From: Felis catus
Lineage: Eukaryota
Direction: 5' to 3'
NCBI RefSeq assembly: GCF_018350175.1
Contig: NC_058369.1
Coordinates: forward strand, 9,426,001 to 9,486,000
Length of the DNA: 60,000 nucleotides
Shown: positions 42,311-55,900 of the stretch, piece by piece
Layout: every line of letters starts with the position of its first letter
Numbering within the stretch: the stretch's first letter is position 1
Translations under genes and position numbers: made by a program
The notes under the pieces: model-generated
The model's database searches: none
What the model was told of the DNA's origin: nothing
The model's input: only the letters and a program-made list of their open reading frames with translations

Positions 42311-45294
42311 AACACCCCGCCCCACAAGCCCCTCTGTCACTCTAACCTCGGATAACTCTGCTCCAGCCACATGGGCTCCTTTTGGCTCCTCAAATACACC
42401 AGGCACAGCCCCACCCCAGGACCTTTGCACCTGCTGCCCCACCCCCGCCTGGAAAGCTCTCCTCCTAGATTCCTACATGGCTCCTCCCTCACCTCCTCCA
42501 GGTCTTTGCTCAAAAGTCACCTTCTCCAGGAAGCCCTCTTTGATGACCCTCCATTGCTAACCCCGTTTCCTGCTCCGTCTTTGCCCTTAGCGCTTCACCC
42601 TTTCTACGCTTTGTTTATTTCTCCTGATCACTGCCTACCTCCCCAGCTGGGAGGCCAGTTCCACAAGGAACAAGGACAGCGCTTTTTCTGGTCCCTGCTG
42701 TGTTCCCTAGCACAATGCCAGGCATGCAAGTACTGCTCGATTAAATGTTTGTTGAATGACTGAATGAGAGGCGGGTCCAAGTTCCCCGCCCAGCCCGCGT
42801 CCTTAGTTCTCAACCTGTTCTCCCTCTTCCCCTCTCCCTTGTTTGATTTTCTCCCCGGGACTGGCAGAGAACGTGTTGTGTTCTCTTTCCAGTCTGGCCC
42901 AAATGATTCCATTCCACGCTCTGGATCCAACAACTCATGGAGAAGGAGTTGGCGCAGGGACGGGCGCGGGTTTTGATCACCAAGTGGGCTTCCCGTGGGG
43001 TCTGCTCGGGAGCAAGATGGGAACCAGATTTCCCAGGCAGAAAGGCTGGAGCTGCCGTGGCCACGGTGACGGCAGAGAACGTGGGGCGGCCCAAACCTCC
43101 CCTCCTGGGTCTGACCTCCTTTGGCAGTTCAGGTAAAGGGCGGGTGTGTGCACAAGTCTGGGTCTGGGGAACGGAAGGAGGATGGAAACTTGCTCACTTG
43201 TCATCAGTGACACTGAAAAGGATGTGCTCTCACAGTCCCGTCTTTCCTCCAAAGGCTCAAGGAGTCCTGGTGCCTGGAACACTATTCCTCATTAGTGCTG
43301 TCACTGAGTATTTCTGGTGACATGGTAGGATGGCCTGTTCTGGTCCCCCTGTGGTTGGTTGACGGCCACACGATGGCTGCTGGCCGGTAAGGAGTGGATG
43401 GAAATAGCCATGCCACTTTTGGACCAGAGCACTGAAGTGTCACTGTGGGACCCTCAGGGGTCTCTCTCCTTTTGGGACAGCAAGTGGCAAGGTCCAGGCG
43501 GCTCCAGAGCTGGCTCCCAAGTGACCATGTTGCACACGGCCCCCTCTCCTCCACTGCCAACCCACACTGGACATGTAGCGTGAGCAAGAAAGGGGATTTG
43601 TTGTTATTAACGTCGCGGGGACTTTGGGGGATGTTTGTTACTGCCGCCTAACGTAGTTTTCCTGGCCGATACACCCTGCTGTCTCCTCAGTTTACTCTGT
43701 CAAGTCCTTCATCTCAAATGTCACTTTCTCAATGACCCTTCCGTGGAGCTCAGGAGGCGCGTGTGGAAAAAGAATGTCTCCGGCACGTCCAATGGAGACA
43801 TCAGTACGCCAAAAAGTAAAGTTCCAGATTACAGTGTGCTACGTGTTTCTGTTCCCCGAGCCTCTGCCCGGAGCCCGGTGTCCCCTCGATCTTGGTGTGG
43901 TTGATTCCTCCTCACCACTCAGCCTTCAGCTCCTGCAGTGCCCCCCTCAGAGAAGCCTTCCTGGACCTCCCGGCCCAAAGGACTCCCTCCAGCCCTGCCA
44001 GACATCCATTCTTCTCCCAGCATGCTCTGCTCTCTGAATCACCTAGTCAATTCATACACGTGCTTGTTTGCAAATGGCCTTTGCTCCCTAACACGTCAGC
44101 TCCCCAGTGCCCAGCACGGCACCCGGCACACAGTAGGTGCTTACCGAGCAGCACGCAGTAGGTGCTTACCGAGCATCGGCGGCATGGCGAATGCACGGAA
44201 CCCTGAGGTCCCTGGCGGTGGGACTGTTTCAATAACACTAAGGAGGCGAGACCGTGTTTATCTCGGGTCCAAAGGATCAGGCTCTTCCCCTGGAATGCGA
44301 TCCCGCACTATCGCTTTAGTAGAGGACTTCCGAGCCAACAAAAATGCCCCGTGATTTCCACAATTTCCAGACCCGGTGGATGGGGAAACTGAGGTGAGGA
44401 AGGCAAGGTGATTTGCTGGCTCACACAGGGTGTGGAGGGCACAGCTGGGGTGAGAACCAGCCTTCGGGCTTGCAACAGAGTGAATTTTTTTTCCCCTACT
44501 TCACCCCTTCGCTGCGTTTACGTAGTGGTTTCCATCTATAATGGTTGGTCCAGGAGAGCCTTAAAGGAGACGCGATTCATCCCAGCCTCGGCCCCGGGGC
44601 CTCGTGTGGTGCCCAGAGCTCAGCGAGCATTCAGTGACACGCATCAAACAAATTAATGACTGAGTCCCAGTAAAATTCTGAAGTGCCTTCTGTTTTATGG
44701 TTTATTTTCCTCTAATGTTCTGAGAACGGTTCATTCAAAGTATAGAGGATGTTAGAAAAAAAAAATATTCAGCTCAGGAGAACACCCAGTTCCCCAGCCT
44801 CCCTAAGAATGATGTGGGTTTGACCGTGAAAGAGCCAAGGTCCCACAGTGGTGGTGCGGGAGGTCGAATGTCCCAGTTTACACCCATTGTAGATCAGGCA
44901 ACGCCTGTTAATTATTTTTTGAGTCCTCCTTTACCTGTTTGCTCTCAAAACTGTCCCGGTTTGGATGATAAATTATACAGCCTCTCCGCCTGTCCCCTCC
45001 TGGGACCTCACCCCCTCCCTCGTCTGCCCTTACTCTCTCAACCAGCCATGTGAGCCACCTTGCTGCTCCTCACAAATACCAGGCGTGCTGCTGCCCCAGG
45101 GCCTTTGCACTGGCTACCCTGGGTCTTCCTTCCTTAACATACTTCCATGGTCCCCCTCACCTCCTTCAGGGCTTATTCGGAGAACTACAACCTCTCACTC
45201 TGATGATCTACAACCCCTCTACTGCTTAATTTTTCTCCCCAGGCTCCCACCCCCCCTCCCACACATGAGTCTGCCAAGAACCCATGGACTAGCC

Positions 45295-45445
45295 ACTTGT
45301 GTTTGTAAATTCTGGCTTTGTTGGTACACAGCCATGTCCATCCCCTCATGTATTTTCTCCGTGGCTGCTTTGTTGTGACTGAGCAGTTGCGACAGAGACT
45401 GTCTGGCCCACGAAGCCTAAAATATTTAAGACACTTTGCCCTTGA
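45295..45445. mobile_element. MER58-like hAT MITE fragment
   Basis: gagcagttgcgacagagactgtctggcccacgaagcctaaaatattta. Confidence 0.65.
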
Positions 45446-46249
45446 CACACACATACATACAATCTCTTCGTTACGTTGTCGATCAACTCCACCCTCCGCT
45501 AAAATGTCAACTCCCCCCAGACAGGGATATTTGTCTTTTCCATTCACTACATATGCAACGTGCCTGGGAGGCGACCTGCACACAGGAGGCATTCAAGGAA
45601 TGTTTGTTGAATGAATGCGTGATCCCAAGCCCCCTAAATTCCGATGCCTTGATATTGGCCACAGTGAGCATCTCTGAATAAAAAAGGTTTAGGTCAAAGA
45701 CCAGTGTCCACCACGAGCGGCCGTGTGTCAAGGGACACACATTCACAACCAACTACGCACACTTTGCTGCTTACTTAGCTGACATTAACCGAAAGAGAGA
45801 AATAAAGAGTGACAGAGACAGAAAAGGCACAGAAAAGCACAGAGAGGTGGGGAGGGAGAGGGAGACAGAGAAGACAGGCGGAGGAGGAGGAGACAGAGAC
45901 AGATGTGGAATAAGGGGGACCAAGGCAGAGAGGGAGACAGAAGGGGAGAGTCAGAAAGAGGGGAGGGGGTGTCATGTTTAGTTCCCAGTGCTGGGTTCGA
46001 GTCCTGATTTCACCACCCTCGGCTATAGGACCTTGGCAGGTCGTTTCACCCCTCTGGGCCTCAGTTTCCTCATCTGGAAGATGGGGTGAAAAATGTCTTG
46101 TCTCACAAGGTTGTTCCCCAGATCAGTCGAAAGGGCAAGAAGACATGTGGCGTCCAGCGAACTCTGTAAATGGCGGCCGGAAATTAACTCAGGGTGTCTT
46201 GTCCTGCCAGGACCCCCTGGCTGCTCACGAAGGGTCCTGTTTTTTGTTT

Positions 46250-47484
46250 TTTTTTTTAAAGTTTATTTACTTTTGAGAGGCAGAGACAGAGCGTGAGTGG
46301 GGGAGGGGCAGAGAGAGGGGGAGACACAGAATCCGAAGCGGGCTCCAGGCTCCGAGCTGTCAGCACAGAGCCCGACGCGGGGCTCGAACTCATGGACCGC
46401 GAGATCATGACCCGAGCCGAAGTCGGATGCTTAACGGACTGAGCCACCCAGGTGCCCCCATGAGACGTGCTGGAGGACCCCAGCCTCTCCGCCTCCTGTC
46501 CCTGGTATCTACCACCTAAACGTTGCCTTGAGGGTGCTTTGGGCCAGCAGAGCCCTCCTGAGCTTCCCCAAGCCTCCACCATCACAAGCGGGAAAAGACC
46601 AATTTTTGGCCACCATATCAGGTGACAGATGTTAACTAATCGCTGTGCAACATGCGTACGTCAAATCATTATCCTGTACCTCTTAAACTTGTATCTCAAT
46701 AAAGCCAAAAACGGGCGCACCCGGGTGGCTCAGTCAGTTGAGCGTCCGACTTCCGCTCAGGTCATGATCTCGCATTTGTGGGTTCGAGCCCCGCGTGGGG
46801 CTCTGTGCCGACAGCTCGGAGCCTGGAGCCTGCTTGGGATTCTGGGTCTCCCTCTCTCTCTCTGCCCCTCCCCTGCTCATGCTGTCTCTCTTTGTCCTCA
46901 AAAAATAAAAAATAAGGCATGAAAAAAAAAAAAAACCCTTAAAACAAAATACAAAAAAAAAAAAAATCTCTGAGGTAGGCTCTTTTGCTCCTGATTTCTA
47001 TCTTTTCTGCCCCAGACTTTATTTTTTAAGTTTTAATGTTTATTTACGTTGAGAGAGAGAGAAAGTGAGAGTGAGAGAGCCTGAGTACATGAGTGGGGGA
47101 GGGGCAGAGGAAGAGGGAGAGAGAGAATCCCAAGCAGGCTTTGCGCCATCAGGCTCTGCTTAACCGACTGAGCTCCCCCCCACCCCCGCCAGGCACCCCT
47201 GCTCTGGACTTTAGACAGCTTTAAGAAATTACTCTGTTAAAAATTAAACTGCTCTTGGGGCGCCTGGGTGGCTCAGTCGGTTAAGCGTCCGACTTCAGCT
47301 CAGGTCACGATCTCGCAGTCCGTGAGTTCAAGCCCCGCATCGGGCTCTAGGCTGATGATGGCCCAGAGCCTGGAGCCTGCTTCCGATTCTGTGTCTCCCT
47401 CTCTCTCTGCCCCTCCCCCGTTCATGCTCTGTGTCTCTCTGTCTCAAAAATAAATAAACGTTAAAAAAAATTAAAAAAAAAAAT
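46250..47484. mobile_element. four Can-SINEs in alternating orientation (- 46250-46459, + 46712-46935, - 47022-47200, + 47257-47484)
   Basis: SINE motifs; last copy has TSD aaaattaaactgctct. Confidence 0.9.
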
Positions 47485-48714
47485 TAAACTGCTCTCTCTC
47501 TCTCCCTCCTTCTCTCCCTTCCCCCATATCTACTTCCCAGACCGGATCAGGGCACCTGGTCCCACCACGTCCCTGGCTGACAACCACAGGCCATGCTCTC
47601 AACCTCCGACTCTCATTTGTAATTCGGGGGGGGGGGACGGTAACCTCTCCTTCTCATGTTATTCATAAACCAAACTCCTGACTTTATTTGGATTTCATCG
47701 GTTTTCCCATCGACGTCCCTTTTCTGTTCCCCTTGCAGTTCCCCGCGCTGCATCTAGCAATCACATCTCCTTCGGCCCCTCTGGTCTGTGACAGTTTCTC
47801 AGTCTTTCCTTGTTGATCGTGACCTTGACGGTCTGGAAAAGGACAGGCCAGGTATCCTGCAGGACGCCCTCCATTCTGGGTTTGTCCGATGGTTTGCTCA
47901 TGATTACGCAGGGGTTGTGAGTCTTGGGGAAGACAGCCCATGGGGTCCCTGCCCCTCATGTCAATCCAGGGCCACACGATTACATATTCCCTGGGGGTGT
48001 TGACTTAAGGTGGGGTCTCCCCACTCTGAAATGACGACATCTCCCGCTTTGCTACTCTATTCTTTGGAAGCAAGTTACTAAGTCTAGCCCACCCTCTAAT
48101 TAGTGGGGAGACTAAGTTAAGCGTCCAACTCTCGATCTCAGCTCAGGTCTTGATCTCAGGGTCATGAGTTCAAGCCCCGCGTTGGGCTCCATGGTGGGGA
48201 TGAAGCCTGCTTAAAAAATAATACAGTAAAAACGACCATTTGTCATTGCTACGTCAATCAGCCCTTCGGTGTGGGCTCTCTCTGGACACATTAGCAAGAA
48301 AAGAGCACCCAACGTACCATGGGCACACTGGGAAAATGTTCATGTCCCTCTTCCTCCCTGTTTCCTGGTATAATCTTTCTTCCCCTCCTAAATAGATAAC
48401 AAGACAAGTTTAAATATTTTTTTCCCCCGATTGTAAAGGAAATTGTGATCTCTGCAGAAAAATGTGGTGATACAGAGAAGTATCGGGCAAATACCGATTC
48501 CTGAATCCTAGAGGCCATCTTGGCAGTGTTTTGCAGTCTCTTCTTCCTAACTTCTATTTTCAAACGCACACGCTTGAGCTCAGAGCGCCCTGGTCTCAGG
48601 CTTCCCGTCTTCAGAATTGTGAGAAAATAAACTTTCGTTGTTCAAGCCACCTGCTCTGTGCTGTTTTGTAACGGTAGCCTGAGCTAAGACATAAGGTTGA
48701 CCTCACCTTGATTC

Positions 48715-49090
48715 TTTTTTTAAACAACGTTTTATTTACTTCTGAGAGAGAGCACGTGCGAGTAGGGGAGGGGCAGAGAGAGCGGGAGACAGAGAGTCCT
48801 AAACAGGCTTCACGCCGTCAGCGCAGAGCCCGGCTCGGGGCTCAAACTCGCAAACTGTGAGATCACGACCTGAGCCGAAATCAGGTCAGCTGCTTAACCG
48901 GCTGAGCCACCGACTTCGGCTCAGGTCGTGATCTCGCGGTCCGTGAGTTCGAGCCCCGCGTCGGGCTCTGGGCTGACAGCTCGGAGCCTGGAGCCCGCTT
49001 CGGATTCTGTGTCTCCCTCTCTCTCTGCCCCTTTCCCCGTTCGCGCTCTGTCTCTTCTGCCTTTCAAAAATGAATAAATGTTAAAAAAAT
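48715..49090. mobile_element. fused head-to-head Can-SINE pair
   Basis: - copy runs directly into + copy at ~48911. Confidence 0.88.
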
Positions 49091-52000
49091 TTTTTTAAAG
49101 AAAATCAATTCCCCCCTACTCATCATCAGACAGTGAGCATTTCCCTGCATCCTTAAATATTCTCCCAACAGATGCTTTTTAATGACGGCGTAATATTCCC
49201 TCATACAAAGGGACCATACGGCACTTAACCGCTTGCTTCCAGCTCTGTTCTATTTTTATAAGTAGCGCTGAGATGCACATCCCGATATAAACCTTTGTCA
49301 GCACTGCTGATTAGCGGAGGTTAGGCTTTTTCTGAAAGGCGCTTTCACCAGGAAGCCACGCGGCAAAGAAAAGAAACCAGTCGCCGTTGGGGAAACCTGG
49401 GGGAGGGCCGAACACGCCGTGTAGGTCAGCGGCTGCTGTTCCCTCGGCCGCGAATGCTCTCCCACAAACAGCTGCCTGGTGCTCTGCTTCTTTGCGGACG
49501 TGTCCCTTCCTCTGAGGAGCCCTCCCTGACTGCCTGACCTAGACCAGCCCCGCCTTCCTCTTGTGCTGCTTCCGTCCTCATAGGGCACGTCGCCATGGCC
49601 CGCCTTCTGCCTTCGTTTGCTGTCTCCCTCCCACTTTAGGACCAGCTCCTTATCTGTTGTGTTTGCTTGTGTCTGTCTCCCTTATGAGAGTGGGGAGGTT
49701 TTTGTCTTCTTATGCTGGGTCCCCAGTCACCTGCCCGTTTCCCAGCGCACAGTAGGTGCTCGACAGTTACTGAACACACGGCTGGATTTCAAGGACACCG
49801 AGAAAAGAAACGAGCTATTGGGATTGCCCACCCAGGCAGGCGACGTCCCCTCGGCATCTGCGCCCATAGATCCTAAGACGCTTGGAGCAAGTGCGTCTGG
49901 ACCGTCTCCCCACGGGGCCTCAGCTCTAGTACAACAACAGAGGACAAAGATTCCAGACACTGTGGCTGCCTGTGGCTGGATGGACTGAGGGGCGGGGTGT
50001 CCTAGGGCTGGGCAGAGCTGGCCGAAGGCAGCACGTAAAAGGAGGGCCCAGATGAATCTGGAAAAACCAACTGCTCTGCCTCAGCAGCAGAAACTCAACA
50101 GCAGCCACCTTAGTCCCTGCCTCTGGCGACGAGGGGCTCTGGTGGCTGTATGGAATGCCAAGGGCCGTTGGCAGCTACTAGAAGCTGGAAGAGGCCAAGG
50201 AGGATCCTCCCCTACAGCCTTCAGAGGGAGCCTGGCCCTGCCTTGGCCTCGATGTGGGATTTCTGGCACCCAGACCGCAAGACAATGAACGTCTGTTGTT
50301 TCAGCCACCACTTTGTGGTACCAGATCACTGCTGGGGTTTCTACGACAGCGGGATGTAAGCGCATGGAAAGTTCTAGAAGGCTACTCTGAGTTAGTGGCA
50401 GCTACCAGTGGGGTGAGGGTGGGGAATCAAGTGGGACCCCACAGCTCACTCCTCTCCCTCAGGTGCTGCCGGAGTTTTTTACGGGGTAAAATTCTGAAAA
50501 TGTTTCTGAAAGGAGTGTCCGCCGGGGGGGGGGGGGGAGGGTTCGGCCTACGCAGACCAGGCACGGTTGTAAGCACTTCACAGGCGCCCACCTCACCCAG
50601 TCCTCCTTCCCTGTGAGGTAGGACTGTGCTCCTGTTCATACTGCGCACGTGGAAGTGAGGCACAGGGAGGCCAAGTGACTTGCCCAAGGTTGCACAGCAA
50701 GGAAAAGGGGGGGGGGATCCAGGATGGGAACCCAGGCAGTCTGGTGCCTCTGACTCTGTGCTCTCACCGCTTCCCCAAGGCGGCTCAGCTCTAAGCTTCC
50801 AGGACAAACATCCCTTCCAACGATGGTGCTTGGGACTAGAGAATCTTCTGGAAGTCTGTGGTCGCGCTCACACTTCTCCTCCCACCACTAAGCACATCCC
50901 CAGTGTCTTCCCCTGAAACTCTGGACGTCTCCTCCGGACGCCTGACCCCACGACACAAACCCTTGCCCGTGTTCACAAGTTTCTTAGCTTCTGCTCCCCA
51001 GTCCCTTTCTCTGCTCGGCTTCCCTTAACCTTCCTGGCTCCCAGCTGTTTCACTTCCAGGAGGGTTCATTTCCCCTGAAGCCCCCCCCCTCTCACCATGC
51101 TTGCAAAGCAAAGACCTAGAGCCCCATAAAAGCCCCCCCCACAAGCTTTTGCAAATTGGGTGTAACCTTTTGTCCAGGGTGTTTGCCAGTGAGGCCCAAG
51201 AGAGAGACTTACGGAGGCTGTGCTCAGGCAAGGTCTTCATACAAATTAGAACACCGTGTGTCTTTCCTACATCCTTTACTTTTGTCGAAAACTAGAATCG
51301 TGGTAGGCATTTGTGTCGCCTACGATACAAATTACACTCCTGTGATGCGGTGGCATGTGCAGTGTGTGACACGCACAACTGTCCACGGCACTTGTGCAAT
51401 CCTGTCCCGGGCGGCACTCTCCACCCCACCCTAAAAGGAGCCACTGATCAGAAGGATGGGTTCCTGGAAATCTCCCTCCACCCGCCAAAGGGAAACTTCC
51501 TTAAGAAACATGAACCGGGACCAAGAGGAGAGTTCGGGAACCCTGTACGCAGGAGGAAGCCTTCTGGTATTGCTTCCCCAGCAGGCCAAGCCAGGACTCT
51601 TATGGGCAGAACCTTAACTGGCAATTTCAGCACTTAGGGCAGGTGGAGAGGACGCTTCTGTGAGTCAACAGAGGGATGTGTGCAGGGCAGCCCCAGGATG
51701 CTCCGTGGGGTGGCTACACCCGTGGCATCCTCGTGTTTGATCCTGAATCCCTGACTCCACACATCTCCAGCTGCTGACAGGCGACTGGCCTGGGGGGGGG
51801 GGGGCTCTCGCCCGCACAGGAGGGTGAGAGGAAGGTGTGCTCTGTTTAGGGCGGAGGGGCCTCTAAAACCTGCACCTCCAAGTATCAAAATTACAAGTGC
51901 ACTGTAGCCGTTGACCCAGTGATCCCACTTCCGGGAATGGACACCACCAACCCCAGCTATATCTGCACAAGGGTGAAAAGACATGCATGTTGCAGAGCTC

Positions 52001-53137
52001 AGGGCAGCACGGAGCTCAGTGTCAGAGGGCGGGGAAACCACTGAAACATTTGTCTCCGGGGAACCGATTAAATAAACCATGGCCCGCCCAACAATGGAGC
52101 ACTATGCAGCTGTACAAAAGAATGAGGACATGTCCTGCCACGGAAAGATCTCCAGGATATGTTGTTACGGGGGGAAAAAAAATCACAGAACACAACAGCG
52201 CGTATAGAACGCTACACTTTGGCGTAAGAAAGAGGGAGGAGAATATGGATTCGATGACACTCACATCTGCATAAATAACACTGAAAGCATATACCAGGGA
52301 AGTAAAGGGGCTGCACATCGTGGGGGGACCGGCAACAGGACGGAAGTGGGGCAGACAGGAGCATACATCTCCTTGGACGCGTCTCTAACATTTTCAAGAT
52401 TTTGGACAAGAGTACTGACGGAGGCCCATATACTCTTGTAAATATTTAAAAGCTCCTAAATAAAATATGCTCTATGCCTCTCCTTTGTAAACATACTTTC
52501 ATGAGCACCAGGAAGGTCAATTTAGAACCTAGATGTCTGCACTGGATCACGACGTGAGCAAAGCCAGCCTTGCTCCCTGGCCACGCACGGCTCTGTCTGG
52601 CCCAGGGGAAGGGGGCTTCATGCCTAGATGCATGGGCACTTCTGCTTGCGTTAGTCTAAGCTCCAGCCACATTTGTGGCAACAGATGCTTCCAGAACATG
52701 TGGCGCCGTTGGACAACAGACCCACGGGAGAATCTCATTGCAAGTCCATGGAATCAGAAAATTCCAGAATCCCAGATGATCCAAGAGTGGGGTCTAGAAA
52801 GTGGGGTAAGTGGTGCCAGTTCCTGGTAGACATGTCCCCTGAGCCCCGGGGATGCCTCACCCTACAGGGAGGGGCATGGCTGGCAGAGGGCCAGCGGAGG
52901 TCCTTTGCATAGATCCAAGGATATTACTTTTTTATCCATGTTGGTTTTTGAATCGCACAAGCTTTACATATTAAAAAAAATCTAAAATTATCTTTAAACA
53001 TTTGCACAGTGAAAACTTATTCAGCATCAGTGTGGCTTCCGGATTTCCATGTCCTGAGGGGCCTCCTCTACTTAAAAGTTCTGGGCACCTGCACCTCCCC
53101 TCCCTCTCTGGTTCAGAGCCCCTCCAATGCAGCCTCA

Positions 53138-53428
<291 letters not shown>

Positions 53429-53499
53429 TCAACTCTTGAGAAACAGGGGCTGTAAAGATTCAATGCTGTTGCAAAAATAAAGACTACTGGAATGAATTT

Positions 53500-54190
53500 A
53501 TCAGTGTTTGTGTTTTTAAGTTTGGCTTTGCTGATCTAGTCATTGGTGTCTGTTTTAGGAATTTCTTCTCTAAGCTTTATTACTTTTCCTGTGCATTTCC
53601 CAAACTTTCGCGATGCCTTCCCTTTCTTTAAGGCTACAAATTGCCCTCTGAGTGCAGCTTTAGCTGCATCCCACCAAATCTGTCATGCATTATTGTCATT
53701 ATTGCGCAAGTAAAATATTCTTTGACCCATAGATAGCCAAGATACTTCTTTTTTTAAGTCAGATATATAAAAATAGAATAGTGTAATGAATTCCCATGTA
53801 CCTACCATCAACTTTAACACTTATCAACTCAGGGTTAATCTTGCTTCATCCGTATCCGCTCCCCACACTTTGCCTTGCCACTAGAATATTTTTTTAAAGC
53901 AAATCTCAGATACCCTATCATGTCATCCACAAACAAGAAGCAGGTCTCTTGATTTCCAAACACTTTCTGAGTTATCCTTTTGTTGCCAATTTCCAGCTTA
54001 ATTACACTGTGGTCAGAGGATATGTTCTGTATAATCCAGTCCTTCACAATCTGTTGAGATGTGCTCTATGTTCCCGAATACAGCCAGTTTTGGTGAATAT
54101 GCTGTGTGCATTGTGCCGTGGTTGGGTGCTGGGTCCTCCAGACTTCCATTAGGACAGATATGTCAGTCGTGTTATGCTGTTATTCCGTAG
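53500..54190 (-). mobile_element. degenerate L1 ORF2 (endonuclease end) fragment
   Basis: translation SDHSVIKLEIGNK resembles the L1 EN C-terminal SDH motif; gctaaagctgcactcagagggcaatttgtagc on minus strand. Confidence 0.7.
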
Positions 54191-55748
54191 CCTGATTTTT
54201 TTCCATTTCCTTTTCTCTTCTCTCCTCTCTTTTCTCTTCCTTCTTCTTCTTTCTTTCTTTTTTTTCTTGAGATGTACTAGGCACAGGGAGCTGTTCTGGG
54301 GGCGAGGGAGGCCAGTACACATGGTACTTACTTACCCTTAGGCACAGGCGCTAAGTTTTCTCCCCAAACGGCAAGAGGCAGATTGTAAAAATGCCACAAG
54401 GAAAGAGACACTTGCCAACAGATGCTACTTGCGCAGACAACCAATGACAGCTTCGTGGTGAGGTTGGGCTGGGCGCCCGAGGAGGGGTCTGAATTCCAAG
54501 GGATTGAGGGCGAGACCCCAGGAGCACACAGGAGCACGGAATGACCTGGGTGTGTCCCCACTGGACCAGAGCAGCAGGTACCAGAGGGTCCTGTTCGGTG
54601 AGTCGCACTTTTGAAGGATTTCAGAGAGCGACATTGTCCACCAGGAAAGCAGCCCAGTGTTCAAACTCAAGCTCTCCACCAAACAAAAACGTTATCTCAA
54701 TGTATGTGCTACGGGCACCAATGCCAACCTCCACTCAGCACACGGCAGAGAGAAATAAACGATGGAATGTGTGGCTTTTATTGGCCTTTGAAACTCCAGT
54801 TGAAGGTCATGCAAAGAGACACCTGCCACTCTGGGAAGTGACACTCAGTGCTTGAGAAGCACTGACCACACTGGCCACTCGTTCAACTGGCTGGACATGC
54901 CTCCCTCATTCACGCTGCACTTGGGACAGGGGCTGCGATTTAATAAATACAGGTTGGAAGGCAAAATCTTCTGAACAAAAGGCTAAGAGCAGGGAGAGGG
55001 GAAATGCATGGGTTCCTATAGCAGACGAGAACCGCTGTTGGTTGGGAAGGCCGCCTCTGTCCAGAACCTTCTCTGTCTCCACCCTGCGATCACATCGGGC
55101 TCAGTTGCCACCCCCGTGCGGCCCCCTGCGTCAGCCAGTGAACGCCGGTCCCGCCTTCCCTTCAATGGCTCCGGAAGGTTCGTTCATATTTGGCGGGGGA
55201 GGGGGAGATAAGAGCACGCATCGGGCTTCACTGCTACGAGCCGGTGGCAGACGACGAGTCTTGTCTGGAAGCTGCTGGAAATCAGGAAGCCCTCCACTTT
55301 ACCTTTGCATTTCCCTGAGTGCTGAGCACAGTTCTGGGTGTGCAGGAACCGGGTTCCCGATGACAAAAGAGTGCAGCTGGAAACCTGACTCTCTTTAGCA
55401 AGTTTGCATCGTGGTGCTCTTGATTTCGTTCCCACCCCCCCCCCCAGCCTTCCGTCCCCCCTCCCCCTGCCCCCCATCACGAAACACTCTGAGGGCTGCT
55501 TCTAGAAAAGCAACCGTCCGGAGAGTCTGAGGAATTCGGTTATAAATATATTTTAAAATTAACCTGCTGCCTGGGTGTCTGTCTATATCGGTCTCTTACT
55601 CACACGCCTTATATTTTTAATCGCGAGCTTTTCAGTTATCCTCCTAAATCGGGGCTTCCTACCCACCCCGCAGCTGCCCCACCCACATCTGCCCCCTCAC
55701 AACCCCACCTAGGCCCGAGCCAGTTGTGTCTGCTTGGCTGGAGAGAAA

Positions 55749-55826
55749 AAGGAAGGAAGGAAGGAAGGAAGGAAGGAAGGAAGGAAGGAAGGAAGGAAGG
55801 AAGGAAGGAAGGAAGGAAGGAAGGAA

Positions 55827-55894
<68 letters not shown>

Positions 55895-55900
55895 AAAGAA
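55749..55900 (+). repeat. compound microsatellite (AAGG)~19(GAAA)~17
   Basis: direct reading. Confidence 0.97.

Noticed and set aside
47257..47340. tRNA-like A/B boxes
   Set aside because: Head of a tRNA-derived SINE, not a tRNA gene
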